A stretch of 64,000 bases of DNA from Octopus vulgaris. Taxonomy: Eukaryota. The position numbers and the translations under genes are program-made. The stretch lies in contig OX597825.1 of assembly GCA_951406725.2 (NCBI GenBank), positions 33,294,001-33,358,000 on the forward strand. The letters are read 5' to 3'. Of the stretch, positions 12,320-23,558 are shown piece by piece. How positions within the stretch are numbered: position 1 is the stretch's first letter; every line of letters starts with the position of its first letter. The notes under the pieces are model-generated. The model searched no databases. It was given only the letters and a program-made list of their open reading frames with translations, and was not told the DNA's origin.

Positions 12320-12600
12320 CCGCTCAAGAGACCACATAGAAACTCCTTTGTTGTCTTGAGTGACCACAGCGTAGAGTCTGTTTCCTCGTTGTTTTGAGGT
12401 CAAGTTAGGCTCTTTCATTGGCTCGAGAGTCCATGTCATACTACCCGTCTCGTTAGTTTCGGTGACCTAATCCTACCCACATTGATTCAATTCACCAATT
12501 CATAGAAGCTCCTTCTTTGGGTCGAATGACCATGTCGTAGAGGTTCTCTTGTCACCTTTTGGTCAAAGAGATCACAGAATAGAGTTTCTCTCGCAACTAG
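12320..12600. repeat. Degenerate ~35-bp minisatellite derived from the family D SINE 5' end
   Basis: About 8 units resembling tcgagtgaccac...tagag.ctc.tt directly continue the family D copy at 12195-12345. Confidence 0.5.
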
Positions 12601-13066
12601 TTAGCAATTACTCATTTGTCGCTAATGCTAGATACTTTATTTGTTCCTTTTGTCTACCCTATCTTCCCACAGCATTTGCAAGGTTTAATAAAATTTACTT
12701 ATTTGTTTACTAGAATTTACTTTCTTTGAAAGAAAAAATGTTGATAATTAATTCCTTCAAAATTAATTTCATGTCGAATAAACTAAGAGCGTAGGTATTG
12801 ATAATAACGAGTGAACAGAGTACATGTAGGGTAGGCAGGTCAATTAGTCCTAGTCATGTATTTTAATTCCATTCACAACTACGATACATTATAGAATATA
12901 AAATAGACTCTAATACATGACTAATACTTCGTTTTATCGACTCCTGGAAGGATGAAAGTTAAAGTTCACCCAAGAGGGATTTGAATTTCGAACGTAAAGT
13001 CGAGAAAATTCTTTGGGTACATTCGGGTATCGACACGTTTTATCAAATAAATAAATTTATATTTAC

Positions 13067-13694
13067 CAGTCCAAAACAACGGGTAACATTTCCGGGCGAC
13101 GACATCGACTTCGTAAAGTCCTCCACGTACGACAATCATATCTTTTAGTTTATCTTCGCTTAAAGATGATACACTCAGTTCTCTGTACCTGAACTCGATC
13201 CTAAGAGAATCGTATCCGATAAATGGAGTCCATTTTTTCTTTCCAGCATGCCGGTACATCCATCTCACTTCCTCTGGGTGAAGTTCTTCGATGATTTCTG
13301 AGACTGGGTAGAGGTATTTCTTGAGATGAGCGGGTGGTGGTCTTGGCTGCTTCCGAACTGGAGTCCAGTGAGAAACCCCACTTGTCAACGACGAGCAGTT
13401 AGGATCGGAAAGTTGAACAGGAGGGAAAAGTGTATTTTTAGGATCGTCGTCATCGTCTTCGATATCATCTTCATCGTTGTTATCGTCGATACCTTTCTCG
13501 TAGTCAACTACAGCCATGTAGTGTTCGTCTTCTGTCACCTGTGCCGTTGGTTCGCGAATACTACTATTCGCAATTTCTCGTTCTTCGTCTTCATCTTCGT
13601 CTTCGTTTTCTGTTTTATCGCCGCTTCCAACTTCATCGCTGTTTTTGTCGCTTTCTGTGGCAAAATAAGAGATGATGGACGTAATAGGATTCAT
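13067..13694 (-). CDS. DDHD1: Phospholipase DDHD1 (PA-preferring phospholipase A1), coding exon 1
   Basis: ATG at 13694 (MNPITS...), acidic N-terminus, then EELHPEEVRWMY...WTPFIGYDSLRIE...VRGGLYEVDV...CYPLFW, matching the DDHD1 N-terminal motifs as I recall them. Donor G|GTAAAT at 13067/13066; 628 nt, phase 1. The exact start codon is less certain than the exon. Confidence 0.92.
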
Positions 13695-14280
13695 ACAGGG
13701 GTAGTAATAATGAGTCAGCTGAGCGAAACTACTAAATAATGCACAGCATTGAGTGTGCAAGTGGTAATAGTAGCGGCAGTAGCACCTAGAGCATTGTGAG
13801 CAGAAGAACGGAATATGTGGCCGTTAGCACAGGCCATCAGCCCTCAGCAGCCCATGTGAAATATAAAAACAAAAGTGCGTCTTTTACAACGACATGCGCA
13901 GAGATATTGTTTGCATGGCGTGTCAAAAACGGTCCGTAACTACAGCCAGCACCGAAGGAGGCCGCAAAAACACACACCAGCGAAAATATCAAGTTTTAGT
14001 TTCCATTTAACGAATCCTCTCGTCTTTACAGAAGTCAGGGGATTAATGTGAAAGAGAAGGAGAGAAGAGGAGGAGTATGTATACAGATTAATAAGCCATT
14101 TGCATAAAGCTGAGCAAAGAAAGAAGAAAATGTAGAGAAAAATGACAAGAGACAATAAAAAGGAGGCGAAAAATTACTTGAGGTGACAGAACGCAAAAGG
14201 AAGAAACAAAAGCAAGGGGAGGTAAAGCTGATAGGACAAAAGACAGCCCCACGTGATCACGGCTGTCTGCTAACGTTAAT
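13695..14280 (-). promoter_or_regulatory. Putative DDHD1 5'UTR/promoter
   Basis: Unique, CpG-retaining sequence directly upstream of exon 1. Contains AP-1-like TGAGTCA (13711-13717), NRF1-like TGCGCATG (~13893-13900) and E-box CACGTG (14250-14255). TSS not determinable from sequence. Confidence 0.5.
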
Positions 14281-14413
14281 TGAATGGACTTAGCAATTTC
14301 GGTTTTAAGATAATTTAACTTGAAAATTAAATATATTTGATATTTCGGGCTCAGAATAATTTTAGCTTGTAATTTAAATATATTTGGCTTTTAGGGCTCA
14401 AAATAAATTTAAT

Positions 14414-14741
14414 ACAAAAGGGAGAAAAGAATATTATAAGTTTATGAGGTAAAGAATTACGAACCTTAAATACTAAATTAACCAGGACAACATATTTCTG
14501 GAGAAAAGTTCCGAGTTGTTTAAATAACTGCTTTTGACCAAGCACACCATTTAAGTATATAATTATATAACAATAAGCCCAAATATTTAACTTTGGCTTA
14601 TTGTTATATATTTATATACTTAAATATTGTTTGGTCAAAAGCAGTTATTTAAACAACTCGGAACTTTTCTCCAGAAATATGTTGTCCTGGTTAATATAGT
14701 ATTTACCTCATAAACTAATAATATTCTTTTCTCTCTTTTGT
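14414..14741. repeat. Long inverted repeat / foldback element (arms about 150-165 bp)
   Basis: ttaaccaggacaacatatttctggagaaaagttccgagttgtttaaataactgcttttgaccaa is mirrored exactly at 14631-14694; loop of about 8 nt near 14586. Confidence 0.9.
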
Positions 14742-14879
14742 CTTTAAACATTCCATATAGTTCTCTTTGTTTTGTTTTCGGAGCAGTTGTATAAATATAT
14801 TAATTGAGAAGGTTTCCTTTGTCTATATATATATATGCTTGTTTCTTTTACTGGTTCTAGCCAGTTTACTGCGGCTATA

Positions 14880-15053
14880 CTGGAGAAGAAGAGGCCGACC
14901 AAGAACCTGCTGGCTTGACACCATCAAGAGTGACACGGGAATGGCCATAGCCAATCTGAAAGAAGTGACCCAGGATAGAACTGACTGGAGGACACTGATC
15001 CATCGAATAACCGAGAGTCGACTTCGACTGAGCGGATAGATAGATAGATAGAT
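14880..15053 (+). mobile_element. RTE-clade LINE 3' end with (GATA)n tail
   Basis: RRRGRPRTCWLDTIK...QDRTDWRTLIHRITESRLRLSG* is a typical RTE ORF terminus, followed by a microsatellite tail. Confidence 0.8.
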
Positions 15054-15230
15054 ACTGGAGCACTTCCTCAAAAGACACGGTTTAGAGCTCGTTAAAGGAT
15101 CGAACACGCCACCGTTAGGACCTAAGGCAACGAATTTTTTCCTTTTTTTTTAATGTTTTAATCAATTCCATATTGTATAGTTAAGTGTTAGGTGGATACA
15201 GTGGATCTAGAAATGCTCGTATTTAACTTC

Positions 15231-15607
15231 CGTGGAGGCGCAATGGCTCAGTGGTTAGGGCAGCGGACTCGCGGTCGTAGGATCGCGGTTTCGATTCCCA
15301 GACCGGGCGTTGTGAGTGTTTATTGAGCGAAAACACCTAAAAGCTCCACGAGGCTCCGGCAGGGATGGTGGTGATCCCTGCTATACTCTTTAACCACAAC
15401 TTTCTCTCACTCTTACTTCCTGTTTCTGTTATACCTGTATTTCAAAGGGCCGGCCTTGTCACGCTGAATATCCCCGAGAACTACGTTAAGGGTACACGTG
15501 TCTGTGGAGTGCTCAGCCACTTACACGTTAATTTCACGAGCAGGCTGTTCCATTGATCGGATCAACCGGAACCCTCGTCGTCGTAACCGACGGAGTGCTT
15601 CCATTCC
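15231..15607 (+). mobile_element. Intact tRNA-derived SINE (family B-related) with 10-bp TSD
   Basis: A box tggctcagtgg, B box ggtttcgattcc, (TTCCA)n tail; TSD ATTTAACTTC at 15221-15230 and 15608-15617. A more decayed relative lies at about 20860-21050(-). Confidence 0.85.
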
Positions 15608-17082
15608 ATTTAACTTCTACAATAATTATTTCATCTTGTACTCGAACTTTGAATTTAGAAATTAACGAACAAATGTTTATGAAGAAAGTCTTCTTTGACT
15701 CTCTTCCGTACTCCCAGAATTTGAAGTGAAAGCTGCATTTTTAATTGCATCCAAAAATATACCCATATATCCATTGACAAACAAGCTGGTCGCACTCCGG
15801 AATCGGTCTGCCCTTCAATGGTACCCTCGGAAGAATAAAAAAAAATTCTTCCAGCAGCAGGAACCAAATTGATATCTGCTCAATATGACAAATAAAAATG
15901 ACACGTTATAATCAAAAATCGCCCTGAAGTGTTAAGGTATTATACACAACAATTTGGTACAAAAGTAGATTTCGAACTGAAAACATAAAGGTCAGTAACT
16001 AAATATTGCAGAAGGAAAAAAAAAATGCCCTATCGGTTCCACCAATTTATAAGAGACTTCATACCATATACGTTTACGTATAGGTAAAATCCAGAAGCCA
16101 AAGAACTCTGATTCTCCGGCGAAAGACTCTTCATTTCTTGCAGCACTTAAATTCATTGAACTATTCTATAACATGAAATTGTGGCGACTCCATATTTTTG
16201 AATTACTAAGATGGATGATTTCTGATAATAACGTGTCACGTTTATTTTGTCAGTTTGTTGGAGTGCCGAAGATTAATAACCGATTGAACGGGCGTATCTG
16301 GAGAACTTTTCAAAAGTTTCTCAAAAGAATTTGTGTAGAAATGGCTCATTAACACATATGAACATAGCGGTAGCCGAACATCTGAAAAATTAAGATTACT
16401 ATTCGTTAGCAACAAGCATGGTAATTGCTAATTTCATAAATATTCTCTTCCATGATATAAAATTACTTTGATTACGATGACGGAGCATTGCATCCATATT
16501 CATTTGCTTAAAATTATTGTTGCTGTAGGATTATTATCACTGATATTATTGATTAATTGAATAATTTGTATTTTACTTTTTCTCGATGAAGCCTCTATGC
16601 ATTCGCTTGAAATTGCAGCCAAATCTTTTTATAGCCACATCTTCCTATCTCGAACGACAATAACACAGTAATGAACAACAACGGCAATAACACATTCTAA
16701 ATGATCACAAATCTCATAGAAAATATCCTCTTCTCTTAAGTAAAACAAAAATCAGCAACATCGCAAAAATAGTTAGAACCAATGGAATTCTCCAAGGACG
16801 AAGAGAAGAGACCCGATGAGCTCAATCTTTGCCATTGGGTTTGAAGAAGCAATAGTTTCAAAAGGGATGCTACTCCATCGCACATCGTTAATACTACGGT
16901 GACGAGGTTTGTGGTCTTTACGGCGTCTGTGATAAGATACTGGAATAGTGTAATTTATCAGTGAATTACATTATTCAACCTGTGACATTTAAAACTGGGA
17001 GAGCTGGGTCGCCAGCATGGTTGTTTCTGACATTGTTGGCGTCTCATCTCCCCGAAACACCTCCGAAAATGATGTTCGTGAC

Positions 17083-17472
17083 CAAGGCTGAATTTATTTA
17101 TGGGCCAGTATGGAGCCTGCACCAGATACCCATTTAACTCACGAGAGCCTAAAACTTGAAATTAGAAATCGAAAGAAATATTTACAGCAATCATAGACGT
17201 CTTTACATTTTTTTGCAAGGGTATCTATATTTACATTTTTTAATCCATTAGAATTCTTTTAAAATTACTGAGCCCATTTTTGATTTATTGAGTTCTTTTA
17301 GATTAAACAAGAAATTAAATTTAACTGAGCCCCTCCAAATTTACAGAGGCTCTTTCAAGTTTGGGGTCTCTTCAAACAAATTTGGTCCCACTTTATTACT
17401 TTGTTTGAATTAACAAAATTGTGGGAGCAATCTATTGACCCAGGGACCCCACTACGTCTAATTCCGGTCCTG
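17083..17472. mobile_element. hAT-like MITE
   Basis: Imperfect TIRs caaggctgaatt / aattccggtcctg, similar to the ends of the 39218-41888 element; 8-bp flanks ttcgtgac / tacgtgag. Confidence 0.5.
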
Positions 17473-18476
17473 TACGTGAGGGTGCTCGACTGTTTCAGCG
17501 ATTAATCGCAACAATATTGTGAGTTTGGAGGTTACCTCACAAATTTTCAGAGGAGAACGAAAGTATCATTTGGTTCGACGTTTAACTGAGGGAGTATACA
17601 AGCACTTTTAATGCATTTAATTCTTAAATGCATCTAAACATATCTCCATTAAAAAACAAGCTTGGACGTTTAACTGAGGGAGTATAAATAAGAAATTTCT
17701 TCCGGGTCCACGAATCAAATTGATATATTCTACAACATTACAAAGACGTTACATTCAAAGATCACACAAAGATGTTAGTGTCAACGATGTCAAACATTAT
17801 ACGCAACAATTTGACACAGAAAAGAAATATAAGGCCACTGATGGGACTCGAACCACGTTTCTAGCGTTTGCCAGGCGACTGTATTATCGGTTAGTTTTTA
17901 AAATGTCACATCACTCACGGAATATGAGCAATTAATAAAAGCATGTATACTAGAAATCATATGATTGGATGAAAATAATATAACCAGAATATACTTTTTA
18001 TCTAAATTCTTTTTAACAATACTAGACTGAATAATAGAAGTTATGAGGATTGATGACAATGGATTCACTAAAAATAATCTAATTTGTACAGAAATGTTGT
18101 CTTTAATTGCAAGCTATTAATAACATATAACGTAGATTAAAATGCAACTAAAATAACATTTTCTTGCTGTTTTTCACCACTAGATCAACCTTGATTAAGT
18201 ATTCTAGACAATGTATCTAGGATTGCATTATATCCAACGAGTCATTCCTTTAAAGATTTAGTGTGGTTTAAGGGAAGTTTTTGCTGCTATTTCTGCGAGA
18301 TCGAGCAACCACATGGTAATTCCCTGTCTGGATCGTAAATTTTCTTTTTATTGATAACGGGAGAGAAATTTATTTTTAGAAACAAGAAAATTAACAATCA
18401 TTTGTGATACGATCTAAGAGTTGCCTCCCTGGATAAATGATAATACTGCAAGGCTATCCCGACTGCTATTGATAGA

Positions 18477-18508
<32 letters not shown>

Positions 18509-18510
<2 letters not shown>

Positions 18511-18908
18511 TTTCTCTTTTACTTGTTTCAGTCATGTGACTGTGGTCATGCTGGAGCACCGCCTTTAGTCGAGCAAATCGACCCCAGGACTTATTCTTTG
18601 TAAGCCTAGTACTTATTCTATCGGTCTCTTTTGCCGAACCGCTAAGTTACGGGGACGTAAACACACCATCATCGGTTGTCAGGCGATGTTGGGGGGGGGG
18701 GCAAACACACATACACACACATACATACATACATACATATATACGACGGGCTTCTTTCAGTTTCCGTCTACCAAATCCACTCACAAGGCTTTGGTCAGCC
18801 CGAGGCTATAGTAGAAGACACTTGCTCAAGGTGCCATGCAGTGGGACTGGACCCGGAACCATGTGGTTAGTAAACAAGCTACTTACCACAGAGCCACTCC
18901 TACGACTA
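18509..18908 (-). mobile_element. SINE family A, full length, within (TA)n
   Basis: Same sequence as 8124-8520. Confidence 0.85.
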
Positions 18909-18984
18909 TATATATATATATATATAAAGCGTTGTCGTTGATTGATATCTTTTCATATTTTTGACAAGACCTCTTGTGTGTTCC

Positions 18985-19470
18985 TGGAGGGATGAAAGAC
19001 AAAGTTAACCTCGGCGGCATTTGAACACTAACGATTCTGCCAGCTCGCCGCCAAATAACCTTCTCTACTGTAGGCACACAGCCTGAAACCTTAAGGGAGG
19101 GTGTTAGTCGATTATATCGATCCCAGTGTTCAACTGGTACTTATTTCATCGATTCCGAAGACCGACCGCTGCAGAATCTGAACCGAGAATGTAAAAAACG
19201 ACAAAAGGCTGCTTAGTATTTTGTCCGGTGAAATAATGATTCTGCTAGCTATCTGCCAAATAAAAATGGTATTAAATTTTGGCACCAGGCTAGTTATTTT
19301 GGGGGAGGTGTTAGTCGATTACATTAGCCTCTGCACTTGACTTGTACTTCATCTTATTGATCCGAAAGGATGAAAACAAAGTTGACTTCAGTGGTATTGG
19401 AACTCAGAACGTAAAGGACAAAAGGATAGCATTTTGTCCACTGTGCTAATAATTTTGCCTGCTCGCCTAT
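18985..19470 (-). mobile_element. Tandem SINE family C copies (tRNA head + Deu/Nin-like domain)
   Basis: Repeated blocks whose reverse complement reads gcctttcatccttt...gtcgataaa..aagtaccag, resembling the Deu/Nin SINE domain. Confidence 0.65.
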
Positions 19471-19499
19471 TCATAATAATGATGATGGTGATGATGATG

Positions 19500-20480
19500 A
19501 TTTCTTTTATTAGCTAGAGGGGTATCTAGTGAGGGTATGTTTTAATGAAAGTTTACAATTTATTGGAGAGAAAGAAACATGGAAGGGGAAAAGATGCAAT
19601 AAGAAGTATACATATGTTGGAAGTGAGGTTGACACTGGAAGGGTGCCTCACAATTCCTTGCATAGTCATGGAAAGGAAAATAGAGGGAGCAAGAATCTCC
19701 GAACAAATAACAATAATAATTTATTTCGCCGAAATAAGCATTTCATCTCTGGACATCGGTAGCCTGGACGCCAGGGGGTGGGGGTGGAGTGGAAGCAACA
19801 GAGTCGGTTTAATCACAATTGTGAAAGCATTCTTCACAGATTCGCCTAAGTCGTGGATCGCCTTCACACAGAGCTGGTCTGGTTGTGTCTAGCTCGGTCG
19901 GCAGCCAGGAGCAAAGAGGGAGAATAGCAGTTAAGCCTAGTTGCTGCTAATGACTGCGCATGCACATAAGGGGCTTCCGGAAGACTAATCCCTGCGCATG
20001 CATGGATGAAAATCCCAAAATGGCGTCTGAAACTAGGTGTCGCTACACATAAAATACAAAATATGCAAACATATGGACAATGCAATCCTTCTGATACAGG
20101 TGAACTTCCAACTAGGGCCAATCAAGAAATTCCAAAGATTCAGGGCCACCCTGACCACCAAAGGCACAGGCTCTCGTACAACTGTTCATTTCTCTTTGAA
20201 TTGTTACTTTCACCCTGACCATTTATACTAAAGTCACCCACCTTTTGACAAATTCCCAGGGGAAGAACACATCTCTCTCCATCCACACCTTTCTTTCCAA
20301 GTGAAAATTAAAAAATGTCAGAGTTTGACCAAAGAGGAAGGTTTCTGTGCTCAATCCTTTTAGCCTGGTCCTCCCCACAACTGTTTTTGACATAGTCACC
20401 TGCCCTGTCTTGTTAAAAGTGGTGAGATGATCCTCACAATGAACTCAGCCAATAGCCAGATTCATCCTGTACATAACAAA
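19500..20480 (-). mobile_element. Decayed L1/Tx1-like LINE 3' end
   Basis: Minus strand at 20230-20420 gives RTRLKGLSTETFLFGQTL..FNFHLERKVWMERDV..FVKRWV. The 3'UTR ends in aataaaagaaatcatcatc. Confidence 0.45.
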
Positions 20481-21637
20481 AGCAGACTGACATAGCTCCA
20501 TAAGTTAGGAATGCTTAGACTTTTGTATGAGTGTGAGTAGTACAGCTGTTGTCTTCTTCTTCTTCTTCTTCTTCTTCTTCTTCCAATCAGGGCTCATGCC
20601 ATTAGCCACAAAGAATAATCTCTAATTTGAGCCTACTCTTAGCTACTAAGAATGCATTTAGCAACATGAAGATCCACCCACCACACATGATAGACTGGCA
20701 GTTGCACAGGCGCGAAAGCTACGTTGTTATCCTCATTCCGTAAACGGTGGCTTTTAACGGGTGGAGAGCTGAACCATCCTGGAGTATAGAGGATTCGCAA
20801 TCTAGACTAGGGTCTGAAAGTTTACCACACCATAGTGGGTTACACCATGGTTCCTCTGCTTTGTGGCAGAAGTAGGAAGAAAGTTGTGGTTAAAGAGTAC
20901 AGCAGTGTTCACCACCAACCCCCGCCAGAGCCTCATGGAGCTTAGGTATTTTTGCTCAATAAACACTCACAATGCCCGATCTGGGAATCGAAACTGCGCT
21001 CTTACGGCCGCGAGTCCACTGCCCTAACCACTGGGCCATTGCACCTCCACTACAGCTGTTGTTGCTCTGTGTGCGTCTCAGACAGTTCCATTTGGCAGTA
21101 GTTCCATGTCTTTAAAGTTTATTTTGAACCAGTAGTACCTGTTGATAGCACTGCCAGACCAAGGATTTCTGGAAGTTATTGATGGTAGACTCTGGACCAA
21201 AAGTCCTCCAAAACAGACCTTGTAAAAGACAAGAGTTTCCCAAAGAATGTCACAATTCTTATCCACTACAAGTTCTTTGACTACAACTACTACTGATGAT
21301 GATGATGGACTTTTGCTGAATGACCTACAACAAATGTATTGTTTATAGCAATCAAATGTATGTGCAGTACATTAGTTCACTTTCTCCATCAAATTGACAT
21401 TATCTGAACAGGTGCACTGTGTATGATGCATCAGGTGTTGAAGTGATCACAGAGCAACGCGAAATGAAGCATCTTGCTCAAGAACACAACACACCACCCA
21501 GTCTAGGAATTGAAACCACAATCTCTCACTTGTGAGTGCAACACCCTAACCACTAGGCCATGCATCCTCACTGATAATTATGATGTTTTTTTAAATAATA
21601 ATAAATTATTATTAAATAATAATAATAATAATAATAA

Positions 21638-22121
21638 ATTTAAGACAAAAATCATGCCTCCTCATTGATATGATTGTCCCAATCGATATAAACATGTCTG
21701 CCAAGACCTATCGAAAACAGAAAATATAAAGATCTTGAAATAGAAATTAGCAAAATGTGGAACCTGAAAACTAAAACAATACCTGTTGTCATAGGTGCCC
21801 TGGGAATGATAGCAAAAGGGGCTGATTGCTACCTAGCTCAGATACCAGGAAACCCAAAAATGGCAGAAATTCAAAAGATAGTGCTCATGGGAACTGCTCA
21901 TATCCTATGCAAAATACTTTCTATGTAATCTCAAATTTCAAAACAAACATAATTTTCTTATGGTTTCTTAAATATTCACTAGTACAATACTAAGTACAAA
22001 ACCAAATATATGGCACCCTAAGCATAACACCAACATGAACTTCCAACTTGTTGTCTCTTGAGGTCTCTGGGTGAGACTTGGAGCCAACTTGTACAAATGT
22101 AAAAGCAAAAGTCAAACATAA
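21638..22121 (+). mobile_element. 5'-truncated R4/Dong-like non-LTR retrotransposon (restriction-like endonuclease C-terminus)
   Basis: CLLIDMIVP...KYKDLEIEISKMWNLKTKTIPVVIGALGMI...IQKIVLMGTAHILCKILSM* (one frameshift, stop at 21928); (TAA)n on both sides. Confidence 0.8.
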
Positions 22122-22146
22122 AATAATAATAATAATAATAATAATA

Positions 22147-22539
22147 ATCCTTTTTTCTAAGGCCAGAAATTTAGAGGGAGGAGACTAGTTGATTGCATTG
22201 ACTCCAGCTCTTGATTGGTGCTTATTTTATTGACCCTGATAGAATGAAAAGCAAAGTTGACTGAGGTAGCATTTGAACTCAGAACGTAAAGACAGATTGA
22301 ATTCCACTAAGCTAATAATTCTGCTAGTCTGAGCTTTAATAATAAGGCCTGAAAATTTGGGGGAGGAGACTAGTTACTTACATTGACCCCAGTTTCTTGG
22401 CTGATTCTTATTCTTTTGACCTTGAAAGGATGAAAGACGAAGTTGATCTTGGCAGAATTTAAACTCAGAATGTAAAAATGAATGAAATGCCACTAAGCAT
22501 TTTGTCCAGAATGCTAATGATTCTGCCAGCTCACCTGCC

Positions 22540-22571
<32 letters not shown>

Positions 22572-22785
22572 CCTTTCTACTGTAGGCATAAGGCCTCAAA
22601 TTTAGGAGATGCGGTTAGTCAATTACATCGACCTCAGTACTCAACTGGTACTTATTTTATCAACCCAAAAAGGATGAAGGGCAAAGTCAACCTCAGCAGA
22701 ATTTGAACTCAGATCATGCAGATGAATGAAATGCCACTAAGCATTTTGCCCAGCATGCTAACGATTCTGCCAGCTTACTGCCTTC
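22147..22785 (-). mobile_element. Three head-to-tail SINE family C copies separated by (TAA)n
   Basis: Units at about 22147-22335, 22340-22540 and 22570-22785, each with a tRNA-like head and Deu/Nin-like block. Confidence 0.8.
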
Positions 22786-22832
<47 letters not shown>

Positions 22833-22871
22833 TATAATAATAATAGTTATAATAATAATAATAAAAGTAAT

Positions 22872-23282
22872 AGGCGTAGGAGTGGCTTTGTGGTAAGTAG
22901 CATGCTTACGAATCACATGGCTTCGGGTTCAGTCCCACTGCGTGGCACCTTGGGCAAGTGTCTTCTACTATAGCCTCGGGCCAACCAAAGCCTTGTGAGT
23001 GGATTTGGTAGACGGAAACTGAAAGAAGCCCATCGTATATATATGTATATATATATGTATGCATGTGTGTGTATATGCTTGTGTGTCTGTGTTTGTCCCC
23101 CCCAACATCGCTTGACAACCAATGCTGGTGTGTTTACGTTCCCGTAACTTAGCGGTTTGGCAAAAGAGATTGATAGAATAAGTACTAGGCTTACAAAGAA
23201 TAAGTCCTGGGATCGATTTGCTCGACTAAAGGCGGTGCTCCAGCATGGCCACAGTCACATGACTGAAACAAGTAAAAGAGTA
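22872..23282 (+). mobile_element. SINE family A, full length
   Basis: Matches family A; embedded in (TAA)n. Confidence 0.85.
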
Positions 23283-23558
23283 ATAATAATAATAAAAAAT
23301 AAATATTTTTAATAAAAATAATAAGACACAATTATGGCAAGGTTTACCAGACTTTTTTCTTTTTTCTTAATTTGATCTGAAAGCAGGGACTGTGCCCATA
23401 ACCTTCACAAGGCCTCCAACACCATTGAGATTGATATTGTTAATGTTCCTTCTGGATGCCAGCTTTGCTATATTAAGGATGTGTGTATGCCAGGAAGCTG
23501 AAGACCAAAATCATTTGAATTAATTACAATGGCTCTAGTTTCATGCTTTAAGCAGGTG

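Noticed and set aside
13326-13739. 137-aa plus-strand ORF
   Set aside because: Antisense shadow of the acidic DDHD1 exon 1; no independent signal.
12966-13760. 264-aa ORF as a single-exon gene
   Set aside because: It starts at a non-ATG codon and runs past the donor at 13067 into a SINE remnant; the true exon is 13694-13067.
15234-15310. Possible tRNA gene
   Set aside because: Acceptor stem does not close; it is the head of a TSD-flanked SINE.
17830-17900. tRNA-like T-arm (ggttcgagtccc) on the minus strand
   Set aside because: No D-arm or acceptor stem; at most a decayed tRNA-derived repeat.
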